Source of the DNA: Archangium sp.
GTDB taxonomy: Bacteria; Myxococcota; Myxococcia; Myxococcales; Myxococcaceae
Direction of reading: 5' to 3'
DNA: 64,000 nt
NCBI GenBank assembly: GCA_047600485.1
Contig: JASGKS010000001.1
Location: 6,592,259-6,656,258 of the forward strand
Part shown: in pieces, positions 17,709 through 25,512 of the stretch
Layout: every line of letters begins with the position of its first letter
Numbering within the stretch: position 1 is the stretch's first letter
Notes under the pieces: model-generated
The model's database searches: none
What the model was told of the DNA's origin: nothing
Seen by the model: the letters and a program-made list of their open reading frames with translations, nothing else
Made by a program: the position numbers and the translations under genes

Positions 17709-19388
17709 TCAGTTGATGGGCACGGTGCAGGTGCACTGACCCGCGGCGCCACACGGCGTCAGCAGCGGCGTGAGGCACGACAGGCCCGAGCAGCACGACG
17801 TTCCGCCCGCCGAGCAGGTCTGGCCCTGGTTCACGCACATCGCCGCGGAGCACACGCCGAATTCGGCGCCCGCGGGAATGGCGCACGTGGTGCCGCTGCA
17901 GCAGTCAGACGACGCGGTGCAGATGTCGCCCAGGCCCTGGCAGACGGTGGGCGTGCCGCAGGTGCCAACGCCCGCGTCGTTGAGCGAACAAATCTGCGAG
18001 CAGCAGTCGTTCGAGAAGCTGCACATGCCTCCGTTGGCGCGGCAGAGCGGGCCCGCGTCGGGGAGCATGCCGCCGTCGGGCAACACCATGCCGCCGTCGG
18101 GCAGCGTGATGATGCCGCCGTCGGTGGTCTCCTCGAGCGGGCGGCACACGTTGCCGAGGCACAGCCCGCCGCAGCAGTCGCCGTCCATCGCGCACGTTCC
18201 ACCGAGCGGAGTGCAGCTCGCCGTGGTGCAGCGCAGGACACCGCCGTCGCCCGGCAAGCAGAGCGCGCCGTTGCAGCACTGGTCGCGGAACTGGCAGACG
18301 TCGCCCGCGGGAATGCAGCAGCCGGGCTGACCCGTGAAGCCGGTGGGGCACGAGCCGCTGATGCCGCCGAAGCAACGCGGAATGCCGGACATGTCGAGCT
18401 TGCAGACGTCCTTCATGCCGTTGCAGCAGTTCTGGCTGGCGTTGATCATCACCTCGCCGCCGTCGGGCAACTTCGCCGTGCCGCAGATGTTGCCCACGCC
18501 GTTGCACGACTGGCCGTTGTCGCAGCGACCGTCGGTGCACTGCACCGAGCCGTTGGGGTTCACGCCGCCGCCGCAGCACGCGTCATCGCCGGAGCACGAC
18601 GTACCCGTGAGCCGACAGCCGCCCGCCGGCAAGCACACCGTCGCGCCGGAGCCCGGGTCGAAGCAGGTGCGCGAGCAGCAGTTGCTTCCACCGCTGCAGG
18701 GATTGCCTTCCTGCGTGCAGCCGCCACCGCCGCCGCCGGTGATGGTGCGGCAGAAGCCGACGCCGCCGTCGTTCACGCTGCACGCACGCCCACAGCACTC
18801 GCCGTCGCTCGAGCAGCGGTCACCGTTGGGCTGGCAGTAGTACGCCTTGGCGCACGCGCCTGACTTGCAGAGCGTCGAGCAGCACTCGCCGTTGCCGTTG
18901 CACGAATCGCCGAGCACCTTGCACGCCCCGCCGCCGGGGATGATGGCGCACGTGTTGGCGTTGCAGACGCCGGTGCAGCACTCCGAGCCCGACTGGCACG
19001 CCTGGCCGAGCGCGGTGCACGCGGTGCCTCCGCAGGTGCCGTTCACACAGTTGGCGTTGCAGCAGTCGGTCGAGGTCGAGCAGCTCTGGCCCGGGTCGCG
19101 ACAGAACGTCGACGAGGTACAGACCGTGCCGTTGCAGGTTCCCGAGCAGCAGGGCTGCGAGGTGCTGCACGGGTCTCCCGCGGCCACGCACATGCCCGAG
19201 TCGGGCAGCATGCCTCCGCCGCCGGTCGTGCCTCCGCCCGTCGTGCCGCCGCCACCAGTGGTGCCTGCGCCCGTCCCACCTCCGGTGACGCCGCCGCCAT
19301 CGGTCCCACCGTCGGCATTCGTGTTGGGGTTGCAGTTACAGCCAGCGAGCACCACCACACAGGAGACGGCGAAGAGCGAACGGATCAT
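17709..19388 (-). CDS. Lipoprotein composed of ~13 tandem knottin-like (C-x6-C-x5-CC-x3-C-x4-C) modules
   Basis: Signal plus lipobox (VVLAGC|N), a Gly-rich linker, then repeated CxxxGxxCxxxxxCCSGxCxxxxC units. The start was moved to MIRSLF. Confidence 0.7.
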   Translation of the reverse strand: MIRSLFAVSCVVVLAGCNCNPNTNADGGTDGGGVTGGGTGAGTTGGGGTTGGGTTGGGGMLPDSGMCVAAGDPCSTSQPCCSGTCNGTVCTSSTFCRDPGQSCSTSTDCCNANCVNGTCGGTACTALGQACQSGSECCTGVCNANTCAIIPGGGACKVLGDSCNGNGECCSTLCKSGACAKAYYCQPNGDRCSSDGECCGRACSVNDGGVGFCRTITGGGGGGCTQEGNPCSGGSNCCSRTCFDPGSGATVCLPAGGCRLTGTSCSGDDACCGGGVNPNGSVQCTDGRCDNGQSCNGVGNICGTAKLPDGGEVMINASQNCCNGMKDVCKLDMSGIPRCFGGISGSCPTGFTGQPGCCIPAGDVCQFRDQCCNGALCLPGDGGVLRCTTASCTPLGGTCAMDGDCCGGLCLGNVCRPLEETTDGGIITLPDGGMVLPDGGMLPDAGPLCRANGGMCSFSNDCCSQICSLNDAGVGTCGTPTVCQGLGDICTASSDCCSGTTCAIPAGAEFGVCSAAMCVNQGQTCSAGGTSCCSGLSCLTPLLTPCGAAGQCTCTVPIN

Positions 19389-19468
19389 GGTTTCTCCTTG
19401 GGAGTGAGGGTGTGCCTCGCAGCGCGGAGGATCAGGCAAACGTCCGTCGATCATGAGAGAAGTGCCCC

Positions 19469-20353
19469 GTGGCACCCCTTCTCGTTCTTCTGGTCGGAGA
19501 GCTGACCAGCCCGCTCAAGCCGCACGTCGAAGCTGCGTTGCCGGCCGCGTTCGTCGCTCCGCTTCCTGAAGTGTCGACCGGGAGTGACGCCCCTCCGGGC
19601 CGCAACGTGGTGTGGGTGACGATGACCAGCCCCGACGAGGTGGTGCTGACGCTCCACACCGCGCGCATTCCCGGAGACCTGCGCCGCGAGCTGCGCTTCA
19701 ACAAGAGCGACTCGCCGGCCGCGCGCGGGAAGACCATCGCCTTCGCGCTCTCGGTGCTGGCGAAAGAACGAGAGGCCGACCTCGCTGCGCTGCCTCCTGA
19801 GCCCGGGCCGCCTCCGCCCGTCGCGCCCGCGCCTCCCGCCGAGAAGGTGTGGGAAATCGAAGCGCGCGGCGTCGGCACGCTGAGTGTCGGCGAAGGTGCG
19901 CTCGGCGGCGGAGGCCAGGTGCTCGCGCATCGCTTGCTTCCGTTCGGTCTGAGCACCGGGCTCGGCGTGGAGCTCAACGCGTCAGGCGCGAAGGAGACGC
20001 AGCTCACGCAAGGCGGCGCGTGGGCCGAGGTGAACCTGCGCTTCGTGGGGCCCATCATCGTGCCGCGGCTGTCGCTGGGCGTGGGCGCGATGGTGAACGT
20101 GCTGGTCGGAAAGCAGAACGTGATGAGCACGGTGTGGCTGCCGCTGTTCCGCATCGCGGTCGACGCGACGTGGCGCTTCTTCGAGGGTCACGGCATCACG
20201 CTCGGGCTGGCGAGCCATCTGACGACCGCGGGCCTGCCCGTCGGCACGACCAACGGCACGGGGATGGGGATGGGCATGGGAAACACGAAGAACATGGGGA
20301 CGTTGGGCCCGCTGTGGATGCGCGTGGAGCTCGGGTATTCGCTGGCGCTGTGA
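19469..20353 (+). CDS. Hypothetical protein (two domains joined by a Pro-rich linker; Gly-rich beta C-terminal half)
   Basis: GTG start. It sits upstream of, and co-directional with, the ECF sigma gene. Confidence 0.5.
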   Translation: MAPLLVLLVGELTSPLKPHVEAALPAAFVAPLPEVSTGSDAPPGRNVVWVTMTSPDEVVLTLHTARIPGDLRRELRFNKSDSPAARGKTIAFALSVLAKEREADLAALPPEPGPPPPVAPAPPAEKVWEIEARGVGTLSVGEGALGGGGQVLAHRLLPFGLSTGLGVELNASGAKETQLTQGGAWAEVNLRFVGPIIVPRLSLGVGAMVNVLVGKQNVMSTVWLPLFRIAVDATWRFFEGHGITLGLASHLTTAGLPVGTTNGTGMGMGMGNTKNMGTLGPLWMRVELGYSLAL

Positions 20354-20385
20354 CCGCCTGATTCCCGGGGCTGAAAGGCACACCC

Positions 20386-21021
20386 GTGTTGATGCTGCTC
20401 GCCACGCCACTTCGTCTCGTCGCGGACATGCCCGACGACGCCGCGCTCATCGACGCGGTGGCGCGAGGCGACCGGCGGGTCTCGGTGGCGCTCTACGACC
20501 GGCTGCGCACGGTGATGACGCGGGTGGTGAAGCGGGTGGCTCCGCGCGCGACTGATCATTCTGATCTCGTGCAGCAGGCCTTCGTGGAGCTGATCATTTC
20601 TCTGCGCGAACGGCCGACGGTGCGCTCGCTCGACGCGTGGGCGGCGACGGTGACGGCGCGCGTGGTGTTCCACCGGTTGCGTCGCGAGAAGCTCGAGCAC
20701 CGCTTCGCCGCGGTCGAGGCCGACGGTGAAGTGATGACCGCGGTGCCGGCGCTCTCGTCGGCGAGCGATTCGCACCAGGTGGCCGCGCAGCGCGAGCTGC
20801 TCGAGAAGGTCTCGTCGGTGATGGGGAGCCTCAACTCCGGGCGCATGCAGGTGTTCGTGCTGCACGACGTGCACGGCTACGAGCTCAAGGAGATCGCCGA
20901 GATTCTGGGCCTCACCGTCGCCAACGCGCAGACGCGCCTGGTGCGGGGACGCAAGGAGCTGCACGAAGCGGTCGCCCATGACGAAGCGTTGAGCAGTGCG
21001 CTGCGGGAGGTGTTGCCATGA
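20386..21021 (+). CDS. ECF-type RNA polymerase sigma-70 factor
   Basis: Region 2 (DLVQQAFVELI) and region 4 HTH (LKEIAEILGLTVANAQTRLVRGRKEL). Confidence 0.85.
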   Translation: MLMLLATPLRLVADMPDDAALIDAVARGDRRVSVALYDRLRTVMTRVVKRVAPRATDHSDLVQQAFVELIISLRERPTVRSLDAWAATVTARVVFHRLRREKLEHRFAAVEADGEVMTAVPALSSASDSHQVAAQRELLEKVSSVMGSLNSGRMQVFVLHDVHGYELKEIAEILGLTVANAQTRLVRGRKELHEAVAHDEALSSALREVLP

Positions 21022-21965
21022 ACGCCACGTACGACCGGGCGGTGGCTGAGCTGCTTCGCCGGCAGTCCGACGCCGTCCAGGCGGGGCCCGATGCAGCTGA
21101 GGTACGCAACCAACTGGTGAGCGCCATCGACGATGCGATCGTGGCGAATGCTCCGAAGACCGCCTCGAAGGTGAAGAAGGCGCGGCATGACACCGAGCCC
21201 GAGACGCGTTCGTCGGGAGCACTGCGCTGGGTGTTGCTCGGCGCGGCGGCGATGCTGGTGGTGGTGCTCGGAGCGGCGTGGCTGATGAAGCGCATGTCTC
21301 CCGACACGACGCAGCCGGTGCCGCCTCCGGCGCCGATGGAGATCGCCATCGTCGGCGGTGGGCGGCTGGTGAAGGGCCCGAGCGCGCGGGTGGACGTGAG
21401 CGGTGACGGCGCGGTGGCGACGCTGCGCATGGGTGAGGTGGCGGCTGAGGTGTACGAGCAGGAGCTGCGCATCGACACCACCGACGCGCAGATTTTCGTG
21501 CGGCAGGCGAAGGTGTCGCTCGAGACCGGAGCGGGCTGCGACGGCCGCGTGCGCGTCACCGTGCAGGAAGGCAGCGCGCGCGTGAAGGTCGCAGCGAAAG
21601 AAGTGACGCTGGAGGAAGGCGACGTGTGGCCGAGCTGCGTGGGCGTGAAGGACGTGCCGAGCGAGCCGGTGAAGCCTCCGCCCGCGAAGGTCGAGAAGCC
21701 GATGACGCTCGATGAGCAGAACGACTTGTTCCAGCGAGCTGTCGAGCTGCAGCGCGAGGGCGCGGTACTCGACGCGGCGGCGATGCTCGAGCGCATCGTG
21801 CAGAAGGCGCCGGAGTCTCCGCTGGCCGAGCCCGCGATGGCGCAGGAGCTGCGGTGGTTGATGGTGAACCACCGGGATCAAGCGACGGTGGTGGCGCGCC
21901 GGTATCTGCGGAAGTTCCCGATGGGCAGCGCGCGGGCCGACGCCGAGAAGCTCGTCGCCCCCTGA
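21018..21965 (+). CDS. Anti-sigma factor (single-pass, FecR-like periplasmic domain)
   Basis: ATGA overlap with the sigma gene. N-terminal cytoplasmic segment, a TM helix (LLGAAAMLVVVLGAAWL) and a FecR-like beta domain. Confidence 0.7.
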   Translation: MNATYDRAVAELLRRQSDAVQAGPDAAEVRNQLVSAIDDAIVANAPKTASKVKKARHDTEPETRSSGALRWVLLGAAAMLVVVLGAAWLMKRMSPDTTQPVPPPAPMEIAIVGGGRLVKGPSARVDVSGDGAVATLRMGEVAAEVYEQELRIDTTDAQIFVRQAKVSLETGAGCDGRVRVTVQEGSARVKVAAKEVTLEEGDVWPSCVGVKDVPSEPVKPPPAKVEKPMTLDEQNDLFQRAVELQREGAVLDAAAMLERIVQKAPESPLAEPAMAQELRWLMVNHRDQATVVARRYLRKFPMGSARADAEKLVAP

Positions 21966-21974
21966 CTCGAGAAA

Positions 21975-22014
21975 CTCCCTCTCCCCCGCAGGGGAGAGGG
22001 TCGGGGAGAGGGCC
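21975..22014. repeat. Palindromic repeat; left arm of a perfect 40-bp inverted-repeat pair
   Basis: ctccctctcccccgcaggggagagggtcggggagagggcc is identical to the reverse complement of 22805-22846. Confidence 0.85.
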
Positions 22015-22055
22015 CATCGAGCCACGGACTTTCGCGCGCGCAGAACACGAGTAGG

Positions 22056-22475
22056 TTGGCTCTCGTGTCGCGGCTCACCTTTCCAACGCTCGTGTTGCTC
22101 TGCGTGGCGGCTTGCCAGAACCAGGCGTGCCCTTCGACCGCCGGCGGCAAGTGTGATCCGCGCAACGCGAATTGTCCGAAGGGTTACGTCTGTGCGCTCG
22201 CTGAGGTCTGCACCCGCACGTGTGAGCAGACGAGTGACTGCTGGGTGAAGGTCGAAGATGGCTGCCGGTACACGTATCTCCCGGGTCAGCGCTTGCCCGA
22301 CGGCGGCGTGTTCAGTGATCAGACGACGGAAGACGGCATCTGCCCCGAAACCAAGTTGATGGAGTGCGTCTCGGGTTACTGCCAGCGCGCTGCGTGCGCG
22401 GAGCAGAGCTGCGACTACGACATCTACGGACCGTCGGAATACAAGGGCAACCGCTCGATGGGGCCTGAGTCATGA
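22056..22475 (+). CDS. Small Cys-rich lipoprotein
   Basis: Signal plus lipobox (LLCVAAC) and 16 Cys. Confidence 0.6.
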   Translation: MALVSRLTFPTLVLLCVAACQNQACPSTAGGKCDPRNANCPKGYVCALAEVCTRTCEQTSDCWVKVEDGCRYTYLPGQRLPDGGVFSDQTTEDGICPETKLMECVSGYCQRAACAEQSCDYDIYGPSEYKGNRSMGPES

Positions 22476-22786
22476 GGGTGCTCTCGGTTCTTCTCTGCGC
22501 CGTCGTCCTCGCCGGCTGCGGAGTGTTCGCCATCCCCGGCACGCCGTGCACCAAGCACGAACAGTGTGGGCTGAAAGATGGCTACTGCTCGCGCGCGGAG
22601 ATCTGCACGCGTGAATGCGGTGACAGCAAGCCGTGCCCTGAGGGGTCGAGCTGCTTCGCTGGCGGAACTCGCTCGGTGTGCCTGCCGAACTGCGACACCG
22701 ACGCGGATTGTCTGCCGAACTTCCGCTGCGCTGATGAGAAGGTGTGCCGCGTGAAGTCGCCGCTCGATCCTCCTCCGATGCAGTGA
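22472..22786 (+). CDS. Small Cys-rich lipoprotein
   Basis: Signal plus lipobox (VVLAGC|G) and 12 Cys. ATGA overlap with the upstream gene. Confidence 0.6.
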   Translation: MRVLSVLLCAVVLAGCGVFAIPGTPCTKHEQCGLKDGYCSRAEICTRECGDSKPCPEGSSCFAGGTRSVCLPNCDTDADCLPNFRCADEKVCRVKSPLDPPPMQ

Positions 22787-22804
22787 CGACGGCTCGGCTC
22801 GACG

Positions 22805-22846
22805 GGCCCTCTCCCCGACCCTCTCCCCTGCGGGGGAGAGGGAGAG
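22805..22846. repeat. Palindromic repeat; right arm of the 40-bp inverted-repeat pair
   Basis: Reverse complement equals 21975-22014 exactly. Confidence 0.85.
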
Positions 22847-22851
22847 TTTGC

Positions 22852-24048
22852 TCACTTCTTCTTCTTCACCTCGACCTCGACGAGCTTGGCGGTGCCCTTC
22901 CCCGCCTTCGCCTTCTCGAGCGCGTCGGAGAACACCTTCGCCTGCGCCTGCCACGCCTCGAGGGTGTCGTCGGCGTTGCCGTTGCCCTTGGGGTTGGTCT
23001 TGCGCTCCTCGACCTTCTGATTCGCGTTCTCGAGATACTTGGTCAGCGCGCGCTCACGAACCGCAGCCGCGCCGCCGCCCTTTGCGCCACCGGCGTTGGT
23101 CCACGCCTCGGCGTAACCGTTGAAGCTCGGGTCCGGCGAGTTGTTCTTGTCGCCAATCTGCGCCCACACCTGCGCGGTGACGATGTTGCCGGCAATCTCG
23201 CCCTCGGGACCCGACGCTCCCGCGCCCTGGAATGCGTGCGTCACTTCGTGCGCGAGCACGGCCGCGAGCGCCTCCGGGTTTTTCACCAGCTTGTCGGCGT
23301 ACTGAATCTTCCCGTCCTGGAACGAGCCGAGGCCGCCCTTCTCTCCGCCGCTCAACTTCGTCGGGTCCGTCGCGCGCTGGCGCAGATCAGCGACCTCTTT
23401 CTTGTGCGCCTTGCCCCAGTCGGTGCGCGCGGCGAGCTCGATGGACAGGCCGACGTTCACGCTCACCAGCGGCTCGGTCTTCGCGAGCTTCGACACGGCC
23501 TTCAGCGTCGAGTCGTTCAGGCCCTGGACGATCTTGTTCACCTCGGCCGGCGCCGACGACTTCAGCAGCGCGTGCGCCACCTCAGCACTCGGAGCGGTCT
23601 TGCCCGACGCCACGGCCTTCACCAGCGCGGTGCGGTCGGCCTCACTCAACCCATAGACCGCGGCCTGCGCCTCGGCGGCCGGCAGCTTCGCCACCTTCGC
23701 GAGGAACGAGGTCGCGCTGAACGGCGGCGCCTTCTTCTCGGCACCGGCCTGCATCTTCCCCGCTTCGATTTGCTGGAAGACCGAAACCTTCCCCGACGGC
23801 AGCTCGGGGTTCGGGCCCGCCGCCACCCCGCGGAACGCGCCGCTGAGCGACACCGGCCGGTCCTTCTTGTTGAAGAACTCCGAGGTGACCTCGAGGCGCA
23901 TCTTCGAACCCGACACCGGCTCGCCCGTCGGCGGAGCAGCAACCTGCAACGGCGCCGCGAGGCCCGTTGTCTTCGGAGTGGACGGCGTGCTCGTCGTCGG
24001 CTGCGGCCCGGGGTTGCGGATGGTGGTCATGGCGGGGACATTGTGCAC
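22852..24048 (-). CDS. HExxH-motif protein (DUF4157-like putative zinc metallopeptidase domain) with PT-rich N-terminus
   Basis: AAVLAHEVTHAFQG motif preceded by a conserved-looking region (GGEKGGLGSFQDGKIQYA). Lys/Ala-rich C-terminus. Confidence 0.55.
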   Translation of the reverse strand: MHNVPAMTTIRNPGPQPTTSTPSTPKTTGLAAPLQVAAPPTGEPVSGSKMRLEVTSEFFNKKDRPVSLSGAFRGVAAGPNPELPSGKVSVFQQIEAGKMQAGAEKKAPPFSATSFLAKVAKLPAAEAQAAVYGLSEADRTALVKAVASGKTAPSAEVAHALLKSSAPAEVNKIVQGLNDSTLKAVSKLAKTEPLVSVNVGLSIELAARTDWGKAHKKEVADLRQRATDPTKLSGGEKGGLGSFQDGKIQYADKLVKNPEALAAVLAHEVTHAFQGAGASGPEGEIAGNIVTAQVWAQIGDKNNSPDPSFNGYAEAWTNAGGAKGGGAAAVRERALTKYLENANQKVEERKTNPKGNGNADDTLEAWQAQAKVFSDALEKAKAGKGTAKLVEVEVKKKK

Positions 24049-24135
24049 CCGCTGTGCCCCTGTCGAAGCGCGCGAGTGATCACGACCCGCCCCGCCCGAC
24101 CGGCCGTGACGTCCTGAGACATCAGCACCCGCGCG

Positions 24136-25440
24136 TCAGAAATCGCGTTTGCACTGCGCGTCGCGCTCGGGGTCGATGACCGCCTCGGGCAGCTCCGGCA
24201 CCGACACGTCAGGGTGCTCGAAGTCGAACATGTCGAGCAGCGGCCAGGCGTTCGCGTCGCGTTTGGTGAGCGCGGGCAAATCGAACCGCGTCTCGACGAG
24301 CCGAGTCACCGAGGTGTGGTCGACGGGCACGTGCGACACGTACTTCCGCTTCGCGAACGGCGAGATGACGATGAGCGGCGTGCGGAAACCGAGGTGGTCG
24401 AAGCGCCGGCTCGGGTCTCCGTCGGGCAGCATGTCGTCGGGCTCGCACGCCTTCGGAGGCGGCACCGAGTCGTAGAACCCGCCGTGCTCGTCGTAGAGAA
24501 AGATGAGTGCCGTGCGCGGCCACTGCGGCGAGTGCATGACCGCCTCGACGATGCTCCGCGTGAAGAGCTGCCCGCGCTGCATGTTGCCCGCGGGGTGCTC
24601 GTCGTCCTGGTCGCCTTCGACGCCGCCGGTGAAGTTCGCCTCGACGATGGACACTGGCGGCAACGTGCCCGCTTCGGCGTCGACGAAGAACTGCGGCAGC
24701 ATCTTGAAGTTGTCGTCATTGCTCTGCAGCAGCCCGACGAACACCGCGGGTGACGCCACGTCGCTCACGTAGGAACGCCACTCGACCTTCGCGCTGTTGA
24801 GTCTCGTGAACAGACTGTTGGTCGGCTTGTTGTTCACCTGCAGCGGCGGCAACCCGTTGCGGATGGCGCCGAACGACGTCGCGGCCCAGTAGTAGATGCG
24901 GTTGGGTTGCGTCGGGCCCATCACCGACGCGAAGTGCATGTCGGAGATCGCGAAGGTGCGCGCGAGCCCGTAATAGAACGGCAGGTCGGTCTCGTCGAAG
25001 TAGCCCAGCGCGCGCTCACCGTCGGGGTCGTTGCTGATGGCGAAGCCGTCGTGCTTGCCGTTGCCGAACTGCAGGTGCGAGCCGAACCACGAGTGATTCA
25101 CGTCGGAGATGCAGTAGCGCGTCTCGTGAAAGCGCATCACCGTGCCACCGTCGGCGAGCGGGTTGGTGGCGGTGGCCGGAGCGACGTGCACGCCGCCGTG
25201 ATTCAGCTTCGAGAAGTAGTGATCGAACGAACGGTTTTCCTGCATCACGAGGATGAAGTGGTCGATGGGAATCTGCGCGCCGACCTTCGTCCCCGGAGCG
25301 AGCGTCTCACTCGCCATCGCGCCCGGGCCGTACGTGCACTCCGCCATCTTCGCGCGCGCGGCTTCGTCGTCTGGCCCCGGCGGAGTCGACTTCGTGCAAG
25401 CCGCGAAGCTGATCAGCACAACGAGGGCCGAGGTGCGCAT
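24136..25440 (-). CDS. Phospholipase C / phosphoesterase-family lipoprotein
   Basis: Signal plus lipobox (LISFAAC|T) and the phosphoesterase signature VMQENRSFDHYFS. The 285-codon upstream extension of the ORF was rejected. The start codon position is good to +-1 nt. Confidence 0.85.
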   Translation of the reverse strand: MRTSALVVLISFAACTKSTPPGPDDEAARAKMAECTYGPGAMASETLAPGTKVGAQIPIDHFILVMQENRSFDHYFSKLNHGGVHVAPATATNPLADGGTVMRFHETRYCISDVNHSWFGSHLQFGNGKHDGFAISNDPDGERALGYFDETDLPFYYGLARTFAISDMHFASVMGPTQPNRIYYWAATSFGAIRNGLPPLQVNNKPTNSLFTRLNSAKVEWRSYVSDVASPAVFVGLLQSNDDNFKMLPQFFVDAEAGTLPPVSIVEANFTGGVEGDQDDEHPAGNMQRGQLFTRSIVEAVMHSPQWPRTALIFLYDEHGGFYDSVPPPKACEPDDMLPDGDPSRRFDHLGFRTPLIVISPFAKRKYVSHVPVDHTSVTRLVETRFDLPALTKRDANAWPLLDMFDFEHPDVSVPELPEAVIDPERDAQCKRDF

Positions 25441-25512
25441 GGGACGGCTGCGTAGCAGAGCCCGCGTGTCGCTGAAGTGACAGTCTGGTGTTCGTGGTAG
25501 GCGCCCGAGTGG

